From assembly GCF_004010195.1 (NCBI RefSeq), contig NC_057719.1, forward strand, positions 9,282,037 through 9,331,881: 49,845 nucleotides of DNA, in the 5' to 3' direction. Every line of letters starts with the position of its first letter. Position 1 is the first letter of the stretch. This document shows positions 10,186-21,914 of the stretch, piece by piece. This stretch comes from Chiloscyllium plagiosum. Its lineage: Eukaryota. The position numbers were made by a program, and so were the translations under genes. The notes below the pieces were generated by a model that was not told where the DNA came from, made no database searches, and saw nothing but the letters and a program-made list of their open reading frames with translations.

Positions 10186-11034
10186 TCTAGGGTAAAGGGT
10201 GATCTATGCATTGAACCATCTGTTTCGCAAAGCATGAGAGGCATTTGGGTTTGATGTTAACAAGGGAATACCTGGACATCAATTGTCTGAAAATTCATTC
10301 TTGCCTTTACTCCCTGCCTGGGTTTATCTGACCCCTCAAGAAGCAGGAAATAGGAAAGGTTTCCTCGAGCAAGTTTTCTTTTTAGAAAGTACAGAGTATA
10401 AGTATTTCCTTGACTGGGACCAAGTCTTCATGTATTTCACTTACCAACCAGAATGTTCTTCTAGACTATAGCACAGTCCTTGGCTTTGGTAATAGTTATT
10501 ACAAAGAACAAATGAAAGACATTATAGTGAAATGAAAAACGTATGCAGAGACAAACTGACTGCATTGTTGCCAAGGGGTAAAGCAAATGGCTGTGTATTT
10601 TGATATGGTATGAATATGCTCTATTAATTTTTTTTAAAATCCCACAGTGAAGCATAAGCATTTTTTATATAAAGCACTATAGCAAAGTAATGAGAAACTA
10701 ATATAATTTATCAGCAAACAGGGAACGATGCAGGCATGGCAAATGCACTGTGTTTACTAAACGGCCAATTAAATGAATACAAATGTTACGTCCTGCACAG
10801 AATAAATTATGGGATGCATTCCTATGGGGGTGATACTGGAAGGTGTGTGGAGCTTATATCCAGCTTTTTGATCACAGAACTTCAGGTCAAACTAAAATGC
10901 TGACAGCCCATCTGAAATGAGCTCAGCCCCAAGCTCAGTCCAGTTCTGACTAAGTGGGCAGCCATAACTGATGTGCAAAAAATCGTTCAGGTCTTTGCAG
11001 ATTGTAGCAACATTGAGAGCTCTACATCCAGCGG

Positions 11035-11552
11035 GAGGTGACGGCCAAATTGTATTATTGCTGCACTGTTAATCCAGTAGACCCAACTAACGAATCAGAC
11101 CGAACGAACGACATAAAAATCAAAATGCTGGAAACCAGAAACAAAAACAGAAATTGCTGGAAAAGCTCACCAGGTCTGGCAGTACATGTGAAGACAAATC
11201 AGAGTTAATGCTTTGGGTCCCGTGACCCTTCCTCAGAACGACAAGTAGTGTTCTGGGGACCTGGGTTGAAATCCCGCCACTGCAGATAGTAGAATTTGAA
11301 TTCAATTTTTTTTAAAAAACCTCTGGAATTAAGAGTGTAATGATGACCTTGAATTCATTGTCAATTGTTGAAAAAACTCATCTGATTCACTAATGTCCTT
11401 GAGGGAAGGAAATTGCCATCTTTATCTGGTCTGGCCTACATATGAATCCAGACCCACAGCAATGAGCATTGACTCTGAACTGCTGTCTGGGCAATTAGGA
11501 ATGGCTAATAAATGCTGGCCTAGCCAGTGGCGCCCTCATCCTGTGAATGAAT
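11035..11552 (+). mobile_element. tRNA-derived SINE (second family) with a nested PLE terminus at about 11095-11240 (minus)
   Basis: The SINE head and body are split by 'aaatgctggaaaccagaaacaaaaacagaaattgctgg...gacccttcctcagaac'. Confidence 0.85.
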
Positions 11553-11554
11553 TA

Positions 11555-11675
11555 TAGAGCTGTAGAGATATACAGTACGGAAACAGATCCTTCAGTTCAA
11601 TTCATCCATGTCACCAGTTATCCTAAATTCACCTAGTCCCAGTGCCGGCAGTTGGCCCATATCCCTCTAAACCCG
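11555..11675 (-). mobile_element. CR1 LINE 3' tail
   Basis: Matches the tail at 12395-12520. Confidence 0.8.
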
Positions 11676-12574
11676 AAATCAACTTTTTAAAAATAATTTT
11701 GCTGGCTGATGTCTATCTCCCAAGGTACATCACCAAATCAGATTACGTGGTTATGATCTCCTTGCTGTCTACACGGTCCTGCTGCTTATAAGTTGCTGAC
11801 TACAGTGGGTGTGAGAATAGAGACAGGAGGGGTGTCTTCTAAGTTGAGGCAACATTTGAAAGAGCGACGATGACCACGCAGAAGGTTAAGGAGCTGAGCT
11901 AGGCTTTCTCCTAACTTCTTCAAGCCAAAGCGAAGCATTGGTTCCTTATCATAGGAGTCAGTGGAATATCAGAACAGGAGTAGGCCGTTCAGCCCCTTGT
12001 GCTGATTCTGCTAATCAAGGATCTCCTGGTTACTCTGTAACTGAAATCCATGCATCTCACCTTTGCCTCATATTACTTAATACCAGGATATACCAAATCA
12101 ACTATCACCAACTTATCAAAGTTCTGGTGGTTGCTATGACCAGAAACTGACTGGATTAGCCATATAAATACTGCAGCCAGGAGGGCAGGCCAGAGGCTAG
12201 GAATTTTATGTAACTCACCTGCTGACTCCCCAAAGCCTGTCCACCATTTACAAGGTACAAGTCACCTGTGTCATGAGATACTTCCCACCTGCCTGGGTGA
12301 GCCGAATTACAACAATACTCAATACGCATGGCACTACCTAGAACATCTTCAACATTCATATCTTCCACCAGCAGTGCAGAGTGGTGTCAGTGCATATAGA
12401 GTCACAGAGATGTACAGCACGGAAACAGACCCTTCGGTCCAACCCGTCCATGCCGACAAGATATTCCAACCCAATCTAGTCCCACCTGCCAGCACCCGGC
12501 CCATATCTCTCCAAACCCTTCCGATTCATATACCCATCCAAATGCCTCTTAAATGCTGTAATTGTATTAGCCTC

Positions 12575-13230
12575 CATCACTTCCTCCGGCAGCTCATCCA
12601 TACACGTACCACACTCTGTGTGAAAGAGTTGCCCCGTCGATCTCTTTTATATCTTTCTCCTCTCACCTTAAACCTATGCCCTCTAGTTCTGGACTCCCTG
12701 ACCCCAGGGAAAAGACTTTGCCTATTTATCCTATCTATGCCACTCATCATTTTATAAACCTCTATAAGTCACCCCTCAGCCTCTGACGCTCCAGGGAAAA
12801 CAGCCCCAGGCTGTTCAGCCTCTCCCTATAGCTCAAATTCTCCAACCCTGACAACATCCTTGTAAATCTTTTCTGAACCCTTTCACGTTTCACAATAACT
12901 TTCCAATAGGAAGGAGACCAGAATTGCACGCAATATTCCAACAGTGGCCTAACCAATGTCCTGTACAGCCGCAACATGACCTCCCAACTCCTGTACTCAA
13001 TACTCTGACCAATAAAGGAAAGCATACCAAATGCCTTCTTCACTATCCTATCTACCTGCGACTCCACTTTCAAGGAGCTATGAACCTGCACTCCAAGGTC
13101 TCTTTGTTCAGCAACACACCCAAGGAGCTTACCATTAAGTGTATAAGTCCTGCTAAGATTTGCTTTCCCAAAATGCAGCACTTCACATTTATCTGGATTA
13201 AACTCCATCTGCCACTTCTCAGCCCATTGG
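12575..13230 (-). pseudogene. CR1 ORF2 C-terminal part (RT thumb region)
   Basis: QWAEKWQMEFNPDKCEVLHFG...LYRTLVRPLLEYCVQFWSP...RLRGDL. Confidence 0.92.
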
Positions 13231-13502
13231 CTGAGTATCTGAATTTGAGGGATGTATTGAGAGGGAGAAAGGATATCTTGATAGGGTGGGATGAAGAGGC
13301 ATGGGGGCAGGTTTCTGTGGAACACCCACAACTATTTGAAATCAAGTAGCCTTTCCTGTGTTATAGATGCAATATAATCCAATCCAATGGGGGCTGGGGG
13401 CTGGGGATGGGGGAGGGGGTATGGTGGTGGGGGTGTGGGGCTGGGATGGTAGGAGGAAGGGCGGTGTGCCAGTTAGCCTATTTGTATTGCAGAGTGACTC
13501 CA

Positions 13503-13718
13503 GGGGGCAACATGGTGGTTCAGTGGTAGGCACTGTTGCCTCACAGCGTCAGGGACCCAGGTTCGATTTCCACCTCAGGTGACTGGCTACATAGAGTTTG
13601 CACATTCTCCCCATGCCTACATGGGTTTCCTCCCACAGCCCAAAGCTGTGCAGGATAGGTGGATTGGCCATGCTAAATTGCCCATGGTGTCCAGGGATGT
13701 TCAGGCTAGGTGGATTAG
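13503..13718 (+). mobile_element. V-SINE, 3'-truncated, within the sequence that replaces part of the CR1 RT
   Basis: tRNA head 'tggttcagtggtag...ggttcgatttcc' plus a V-domain. Confidence 0.85.
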
Positions 13719-15611
13719 CAAATCATTTATGTAAATGACAAAAAGTAGAGGACCCAGCACCGATCCTTGTGACACTCCACTGGTCACAGGTGTCCAGTCT
13801 GAAAAACAACCCTCCACCACCACCCTCTGTCTTCCACCTTTGAGCCAGTTCTGTATCCAAATGTCTAGTTCTTCCTGTGTTCCATTAGATATAAACTTGC
13901 TAACCAGTCTCCCATGGGGGACTTTGTTGAATGCCTTACTGAAGTCCATATAGATCACATCAACCACTCTGTCCTCATCAATCCTCTTTGTTACTTCTTC
14001 AAAAAACTCAATCAAGTTTGTGAGACATGATTTCCCACACACAAAACCATGTTGACTATCCCTAATCAGTCCTTGCCTTTCGAAATACATGTACATCCTG
14101 TCCCTCAGGATTCCCTTCACCAACTTGCCCACCACCGAGGTCAGGCTCACCGGTCTATATTCCTTGGCTTGTCCTTACCACCCTTCTTAAACAGTGGCAC
14201 CACATTAGCCAACCTCCAGTCTTCTGGCACCTCACCTGTGACTATCGATGATACAAATATCTCAGCAAGAGGCCCAGCAATCACTTCTCTAGCTTCCCAC
14301 AGAGCTCTAGGGTACACCTGATCAGGTCCTGGGGATTTATCCACCTTTATGCATTTCAAGACGTCCTCTGTAATATGGAAATTTTGCAAGGTGTCACCAT
14401 CTATTTCCCTACGTTCTATATCTTCCACAGTAAATACTGATGCAAAATACTCGTTTAGTATCTCCCCCATTTTCTGCGGCTCCACACAAAGGCCACCTTG
14501 CTGATCTTTGAGGGGTCCTATTCTCTCCTTAATTACTCTTTGTCCTTAATGTATTTGTAAAAACCCTTTGGATTTTCCTTAATTCTATTTGTCAAAGCTA
14601 TCTCATGTCCCCTTTTTGCCCTCCTGATTTCCCTCTTAATTATACTCCTACTTCCTTTGTACTCTTCTAAGGTTTCACTTGATCTATCTATACTGTACAT
14701 ATGCTTCCTTCTTTTTCTTAACCAAACCCTCAATTTCTTTAGTCATCCAGCATTCCCTATACCTACCAGCCTTCCCTTTCATGCTGACAGGAATACACTT
14801 TCTCTGGATTCTCATTATCTTATTTCTGAAGGCTTCCCATTTTCCAGCCGTCCCTTTACCTGCGAACATCTGCCCCAATCAGCTTTTGAAAGTTCTTGCC
14901 TAATACCATCAAAATTAGGCTTTCTCCAATTTAGAACTTCAACTTTTAGATCTGGTCTATCCTTTTCCATCACTATTTTAAAACGAATAGAATTGTGGTC
15001 GCTGGCCCCAAAGTGCTCCCCCACTGACACCTCAGTCACCTGCCCTGCCTTATTTCCCAAGAGTAGGTCAAGTTTTGCACCTTCTCTAGTAGGTACATCC
15101 ACAGAATGAATCAGAAAATTTTCTTGTACGCACTTAAGAAATTCCTCTCCATCTAAACCTTTAACACTATGGCAATCCCAGTTGAGGTTTGGCAAGTTAA
15201 AATCCCCTACCATAACTACCCTATTATTTTTGCAGATAGTTGAGATCTCCTTACAAGTTTGTTTCTCAATTTCCCTCTGACTATTAGGGGGTCTATAATA
15301 CAATCCCAATAAGGTGATCATCCCTTTCTTATTTCTCAGTTCCACCCAAATAACTTCCCTGGATGTATTTCTGGGAATATCCTCCCTCAGCACAGCTGTA
15401 ATGCTATCCCTTATCAAAAATGTCACTCCCCTCCTCTCTTGCCTCCCTTTCTGTCCTTCCTGTAGCATTTGTATCCTGAAACATTAAGCTGCCAGTCCTG
15501 CCCATCCCTGAGCCATGTTTCCGTAATTGCTATGATATCCCAGTCCCATGATACTAACCATGCCCTAAGTTCATCTGCCTTCCCTGTTAGGCCCATTGCA
15601 TTGAAATAAAT
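13719..15611 (-). pseudogene. CR1 ORF2 endonuclease and reverse transcriptase (frameshifted)
   Basis: DIIAITETWL, GLYYRPP, VMVGDFN, LDLLL and SDHN (APE); [19 protein letters not shown] and [20 protein letters not shown] (RT). Confidence 0.95.
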
Positions 15612-16195
15612 NNNNNNNNNNNNNNNNNNNNNNNNNNNNNNNNNNNNNNNNNNNNNNNNNNNNNNNNNNNNNNNNNNNNNNNNNNNNNNNNNNNNNNNNN
15701 NNNNNNNNNNNNNNNNNNNNNNNNNNNNNNNNNNNNNNNNNNNNNNNNNNNNNNNNNNNNNNNNNNNNNNNNNNNNNNNNNNNNNNNNNNNNNNNNNNNN
15801 NNNNNNNNNNNNNNNNNNNNNNNNNNNNNNNNNNNNNNNNNNNNNNNNNNNNNNNNNNNNNNNNNNNNNNNNNNNNNNNNNNNNNNNNNNNNNNNNNNNN
15901 NNNNNNNNNNNNNNNNNNNNNNNNNNNNNNNNNNNNNNNNNNNNNNNNNNNNNNNNNNNNNNNNNNNNNNNNNNNNNNNNNNNNNNNNNNNNNNNNNNNN
16001 NNNNNNNNNNNNNNNNNNNNNNNNNNNNNNNNNNNNNNNNNNNNNNNNNNNNNNNNNNNNNNNNNNNNNNNNNNNNNNNNNNNNNNNNNNNNNNNNNNNN
16101 NNNNNNNNNNNNNNNNNNNNNNNNNNNNNNNNNNNNNNNNNNNNNNNNNNNNNNNNNNNNNNNNNNNNNNNNNNNNNNNNNNNNNNNNNNNNNNN
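15612..16195. other. Assembly gap (584 N)
   Basis: Run of N. Confidence 1.
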
Positions 16196-16318
16196 AACCC
16201 ACGCAGACACGGGAAGAATGTGCAAACTCCACACAGTCAGTTGCCTGAGGCGGGAATTGAACCCGGGTCTCTGGCGCTGTGAGGCAGAAGTGCTAACCAC
16301 TGTGCCACCGTGCCGCCC
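16196..16318 (-). mobile_element. V-SINE 5' part, CpG-rich (young), inserted in CR1 ORF1 and cut by the gap
   Basis: Minus strand reads GGGCGGCACGGTGGCACAGTGGTTAGCAC...GGGTTCAATTCCCGCC. Confidence 0.9.
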
Positions 16319-16730
16319 ACTGATCTCTTGGAAGCCGACGTACCCCTCGTTGCATGAGAGCCAGTCTCAATACCAGAAACTTGGCTGTTTGTGCTACATT
16401 CCCCTGAGAATCCAATACAGCATGCCTGTTTGAAATGGGTACATGCACAAAAGACTCCTGCCCTAGGTGCCTACCTCTCTTACCTTTTCTGAAGTTAACC
16501 CATCTATGTGACTGTATCTGAGATATTCCCCCCTTCCTATAACTGCCTTCCATCACACACTGTTGCTGTTGCAAATTCCTCATCGCTTCTAACTGTCTCT
16601 CCAACTGATTTGTTCTGATAAGATTCGCAGCCAACAGCATTTATGGCAGATATAATCCGAAGATACCCTTAAACTCTCTTTAAACTCCCACATCTGACAA
16701 GAAGTACATAACACTCTAATAAAGGCCATT
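16319..16730 (-). pseudogene. CR1 ORF1 N-terminus (zinc-finger/leucine-zipper-like)
   Basis: MAFIRVLCTSCQMWE...YICHKCCWLRIL, then frameshifted QLERQLEAMRN...VPISNRHAVLD. It lies upstream of and co-oriented with ORF2. Confidence 0.8.
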
Positions 16731-16874
16731 TTTGCTCCTTCACAATCTACAGTCCCAGAAATATCATCCATATCTAGTGTGGAGTGGCCTCAGCTGGAAC
16801 ATAGAGACAATTTCTGGGCACTCAGTAGATCTGGGCGATGTTGCAAGGCTTACCAGGCTTCACAATTCTGAGGC

Positions 16875-16982
16875 AGGGTCACTCTGACCTCTCTGTACAA
16901 ATGCTGCTAGACCTGCTTAGCTTTTCCAGTAATTTCTATTTTTTGTTTCTGATTTCTACCATCTGCAGTTTTATCAGTTTCT
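16875..16982 (+). mobile_element. PLE terminus fragment
   Basis: 'atgctgctagacctgct..gcttttccag...tttgtttctgattt'. Confidence 0.7.
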
Positions 16983-18224
16983 ACTTACTAGACCTCAGCC
17001 TTTGAATAGCACAGAAAAAGTTCCTGTCAGGTTGGATTGAGGTATTCAAAAGGTCATGAATCCTCCAGTTTAAGGAGAGAGAAACTCCCTGCAGTATCAG
17101 GAGGATTAGTAAACAGGGACAATGTAACCAAAAATAATATGGGGAAAGTCTTCTTTAATGCAGAGAGCTGCTTTGATCTGGAATATGCTGCTGACATGCT
17201 GGTGGAAGCAAATTTGATGGCAACTTTGCAAAGAGAATTGGGAGATATTTTGGGGGCAATGGATGAATGAGCCAGGGAAAGGGATTAATTAGATAGATTG
17301 ACTAAAGGTGGAAGGTGTGGCCTCCTACTGCAGTGTCTCATTCTACACTTCAGATATACTTCCTAATTGGCAGTAAATCGCTTTAACATGTCTTGGAAGG
17401 CACTAAATAAATGCATGCTTTCCTTTGTGCAGTCTAACTAGGCGTGTCTGATGACTGGTGTGCTAAAACTGCTCCACTCCACCTTGATGAAGACAAGCAT
17501 TTACAAATTAATAATGTATTTACACGTGACCCCTCTAACATTCAACAGAGTGTTTAAAACAGAAACATAACTTTCGCCACTGAGAGTCTACTTCAGCAGG
17601 TTAAAAAGCAGACTCTGCCCAAACCCCTTGAAGCTGCTGCATTAACATAAAGCATGGCTTTCAGAAATTATGACCCAATCTAATCTCATAACGTTCAGGC
17701 TCCAGGTTGCACTCATTGAAGAATCTGTTGGTCAGGTCACATTGCTTTTTAAAAGAAATACACCAAAAAGATTTACGATGCTGAAACAGAAATACAGAGC
17801 TATCTGGTTGGAAGACAGAGAAGGAAAAAACAGAATCCACATGCATCCTTGGCAAGGTGAAGGTCAGCTAGCACATTACCCAGCTCTTATCAAGGAGACA
17901 TTAACAGCTCTGATAGCTGGCTCTTACTAGCCTGCAACCTGTGACTCGCCTAAGCTTTCAGATAGACTTTATCTCAAAAACTGCACAAATGTCTCCCTTA
18001 GTGAAGGAAATTGCTTGTTATTCAGTTTTTTTTGTGTGGGGCACACAATGTTGTGGTTCTACTTCCCCACCCCAAAATTAAAATTCAAAGAGATATACTT
18101 CTGGACAAGTCTAAAGTAAAACCCAGTCAAGTAGAAAGAAGACTGCCCACCACCTCAGCTGTGGGACCAGAGCCAGGTCATCATCCCCTGCAATCACCTG
18201 GGAAAGTTTCTAACTCCGCTAAAA

Positions 18225-18362
18225 AAGAAGGTAAAGGTGAAGTTGCTGGAGTCCTGCTCTCTCATTTAAGACAGATGACCGGTGGTGGTTTAACCTGTGG
18301 GTCACCTTGGCTCAAGAGAAGGGAGAGGTTGGGAAGGAGAGTCCTTCATGGTAACCTCAGCG
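18225..18362 (-). mobile_element. SINE of a third tRNA-derived family (plus-strand copy at 40066-40208)
   Basis: 'ttaacctgtgggtcacc...ccttcatggtaacctc' is the reverse complement of 'gaggtcaccatgaagg...ggtgacccttaggttaa'. Confidence 0.65.
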
Positions 18363-18509
18363 AATATATAATGCGAATGAAGCAATGTATTCCATAGCAG
18401 CCCCAATTCACAAGTGTTCCTTTGCAGCAGACACTGTACAGACAGCACTCTGCAATTTCAAACAGTCTTTCCCTTTTAACAGTGACAATATCAGGAGCAA
18501 AGCAATGGA

Positions 18510-19115
18510 GATAGGGTACTGGCACCAGACTAGCAAGCTATTGGTCTGCTGGTTCTGGGAGGAACTAAGGGTTCAAATCCTGCCATGGAATTTTAAAATT
18601 TGATGAATAAATCTGGACTGTAAAGCCTGTTATTGAGTGCTGTAAGAATTCATCTGGTTCATGAATTCCCTTCAGCAAAGGACATCTGTCCTCCTTAGCC
18701 AGTCTGACCTATACGTAACTCAGACCCACAGTGACATGGTTGATTCTTGACGACCCACTGAAATAGTCCAGCAAGCCAGTCAACTTCAGAAGTTCACCAA
18801 CGGTCCTCAGGCAGCACCTTCCAAATACACGATCACTTCCAGGTCGAAGGACAAGGGCAGTAGACACATAGGAACACCACTACCTTTAAGTTCCCCTCCA
18901 AGCCACTCACCATCCTGACTTTGAAATATACTGCTGTTCCTTCACTGTTGCTGGGTCAAAACCCTGGAATTCCCTCCCTGAGGGCATTGTGGGTCAACCC
19001 ACAGCAGGTGGCCTGCAGTGGTTCAAGGCAGCTCACCCTCACCTTCTCAAGGGGCAACAAGGGACAGGTGATAAATGCTGCTCAGCCAGTTACACCCACA
19101 TCCTACAAGGGCAAT
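18510..19115 (+). mobile_element. SINE (second family, about 18510-18780) followed by a LINE 3' end (about 18790-19115)
   Basis: Matches the copies at 2945 and 6960-7385 respectively. Confidence 0.75.
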
Positions 19116-19817
19116 GAGAAACAGATACCTGGTGTCAACATGACCAGCCCACATCTCATGACAGAATAAAGGAATACTAATGAGGACTTGACAACGAAGG
19201 GGAGCAAGTCGGTCTCTTTAATTGATGTACCCATACTATCGCAAAAATGTCACCTCATTTATCATGTCATGGTTACTGTTTTGCAGCTGAAGGAACAGTA
19301 AAATGATCTTGTTGCTGGCAAAACATATATCCCATGTGCCTTTGCAGCAGTGCCTTCCCACCTGGCTACCCCAATGTCTATTTGGCGTACCTGCTAAATG
19401 TTTGTTTTTATCCTGTTCACTGGGCACATGATTAGCTCCCACACAGATAATGATTTTCATTCTCCATGAATTAGACTTTCTCAGTCTCATCAAAACAACA
19501 GGATCACTCCCTCCCCCCAACCACCACAGACGCACACCTCCCCTCCCTCAATACCCCGCCCCCCACCCCATAGCATCTAACACGCCAGTCATCAAAAAAC
19601 TAACAGCAGTGATATGTTCATTACCTCCCAAGTACACTGTGTGAATTGTCAATACAATATCATCAGGACTTGTGTGTGCCCAGAGGCTAAGACAGCCAAG
19701 AGAGAGTATAAAAACTACCTCCTGCCCCGTGAGCTCTGTCCTTCTTCATACTGTGCTGCCGAAAGCATCTTATTCATCCACTTGCTTAAACAACTTTACA
19801 CAACTTTTTCGTTTCAG

Positions 19818-20118
19818 TCAAGATGGTACTGACACCACGAGACTCCTTCCGTGTTCCCTACAGCAGATCTAATTCTAACTTACATTCTAAATCTGTAAAA
19901 ATTACTAATAATGCTCTTTTAATTGACTCTCTAACTTCAAATAATGCTGATCTTGTTAATGTGACCTTGCCGAGCACACAGTGTAACCTGTATGCCTTAC
20001 TCTGTCCATCTTTCTTTTCACCCTGTAATCTGTATGTCCTTGCTTACCACGATCTGCCTGCATGGCTCACAAACAAAGCTTTTTACTGTACTGAGGTAAA
20101 ATGACAATAAAACAAATC
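19818..20118 (+). mobile_element. Short non-coding element with a Rex/Babar-type 3' tail
   Basis: The tail 'gatctgcctgca...acaaagcttttt.actgtactgaggta..tgacaataa' matches 8774-8840. It is flanked by cagtca at 19815-19820 and 20118-20123. Confidence 0.65.
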
Positions 20119-20211
20119 AGTCACCACACAGACATACCTTTCTTTTCTTCCTATTTTAGCATATCCAAGAAATTCTAGAATGAAGGATGTGACTGTACAC
20201 AGGATTTTTTA

Positions 20212-20485
20212 GGGTGTAGGTTTGCTCGCTGAGCTGTCGGTTTGATATCCAGGTGTTTCATTACCTGGCTAGGTAACATCATCAGTGGCGACCTCCAAGT
20301 GAAGCGAAGCTGTTGTCTCCTGCTTTCTATTTATATGTTTGTCCTGGATGGGGTTCCTGGGGTTTGTGGTGATGTCATTTCCTGTTCGTTTTCTGAGGGG
20401 TTGATAGATGGTATCTAGATCTATGTGTTTGTTTATGGCGTTGTGGTTGGAGTGCCAGGCCGCTAGGAATTCTCTGGCATGTCTA
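20212..20485 (-). mobile_element. Penelope-like element 3' end: GIY-YIG C-terminus plus hammerhead motif
   Basis: The minus strand translates to RHAREFLAAWHSNHNAINKHIDLDTIYQP. Downstream is CTGATGA-TGTTACCT-AGCC-AGGTAAT-GAAA (about 20255-20285). Confidence 0.85.
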
Positions 20486-20594
20486 GCAAAGACACCCCAC
20501 AGTAGACAACCATCCCTTCACTTGTGCATGGACAAGTTGGACCAAAGGGTCTGTTTCCATGCTGTACATCTTGATGACCATATGTTTGAAATTC

Positions 20595-21134
20595 CCTCCC
20601 TTTATCTCTCCTCCTTGAAGATTTTCCTTATAAAAATGTCTCCATCCTTCTGAGTAACAAGATAGCTAACTGGAAGAATCAAATTCTGATTGATGATCTT
20701 TTGAAGTCGGGCTGCAGCATCAACAGAACATCTCGTTCATGTCCATCCCTTTCTTCATCCCTACCAATATGGAAGCTGCTCTGGCAGGCAAAAGAGAAGG
20801 ATTCAGCAAGTTTTGAGTTATGGGGGGAGGCTGAATGTGCTGGGGTCTTTTTCACTGGAGCACAGGAGGTTGAGAGGTGAGCATCTAGAGGTTTATAGAA
20901 TCGTGAGGGGTATGGATGAAGTGAATGGCAGGTGTCTTTTCCCTAGGGTGGGGGAGTTCAAGACTGGGGGCAGATTCTTAAGATGAGAGGAGAAAGATTT
21001 TAAAAAGACATGACAGGCAATTTATTTTACAAAGAGAATGGATCGTGTGTGGAATGAACTTCCAGAGGAAGTGGGGGATGAACGTGCAGTTACAACATTT
21101 AAGAGACATTTAGTACATACATGAATATGAAATG
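20595..21134. repeat. Left arm of a ~540-bp inverted duplication (flanking DNA plus CR1 fragment); partner 21915-22458
   Basis: For example, 'taccaatatggaagctgctctggcaggcaaaagagaa' (20762-20798) is the exact reverse complement of 22250-22286. The flank/LINE junction is shared. Confidence 0.93.
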
Positions 21135-21245
21135 TTTAGGGTGATATGGACCAAGTGCAGGCAGGTGGGACTAGTTTAGTTTGGGATTACGGTTGGCACG
21201 GACTGGTTGGACTGAAGTATCTGATTCCATGCTGTGTGACTCTAT
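20810..21245 (+). mobile_element. CR1 LINE 3' fragment
   Basis: Degenerate LSY.ERL..LGLFSLE..RLRG region plus the CR1 tail. Confidence 0.85.
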
Positions 21246-21914
21246 GATATGCAATAAGAACACAGCAACTGAGGGTTGAACATTCAGTATGGCCCTGATT
21301 GGATTTGTCAAATAGGTGAACCCTGCACATGGACAGTTCACAGCAAGTCAAACTGTGCAAATAATTTAACATTGAGAGCAGAGAGCTTAGACGAGATTTA
21401 ATAAAGATGTTAAATTGTAAAACCATAAGAAATAAGATCAACAACAAGGGCCCTTTGAGTCTATCCCGTCATTCAGTGGGATGATCCTACACTCTTCACA
21501 TCACTTTCCTGCCCCTTCCTTGTAACCCTTGATTCCTCGACTGATCAGGAATCTCTCTCTCTCAGCCTTAAATATACACAAGGACTCTGCCCTCACAGCT
21601 CTCTATGACAAGGAGTTCCAAAGACTCATAACTCCCTGAGAGAAGAAATTCATCCTCAAGTTATTTGTGCAGAAATCTATTTGCTAGCAGGAGGACCAGT
21701 CATAAACGGGAATGGATTTTCCAAAAATGTCAGTGATGGAGTAGTAGGACATTTCATACTCGGTCAGTCATTACCATCTGGAACGCACTCTATGTGGTGG
21801 GAAAAGGGTTAATTGGAAATTTATCAAGCTGAATTGACTGTGTCCGAAAGCACCCGGCAACCTCCTACGCTCCAGTTAAAAAGGCCCTTGCTTATCCAGT
21901 TTCACCCCATAACT

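Larger units (their letters stand above)
12395..16770 (-). mobile_element. Near full-length CR1 LINE (ORF1 + ORF2), disrupted by frameshifts, a 490-bp replacement, a SINE and an assembly gap
   Basis: Collinear minus-strand pieces: ORF1 CxxC..CxxC/zipper (16319-16730), APE endonuclease (14815-15611), RT (13719-14490), C-terminus (12575-13230) and the CR1 3' tail. Confidence 0.9.

Noticed and set aside
15423..16300. Long ORFs of 269 and 237 aa
   Set aside because: Artefacts of reading through the N gap.
16196..16318. tRNA-like A/B boxes as a tRNA gene
   Set aside because: The head runs directly into the V-SINE core, so it is a SINE and not a tRNA.
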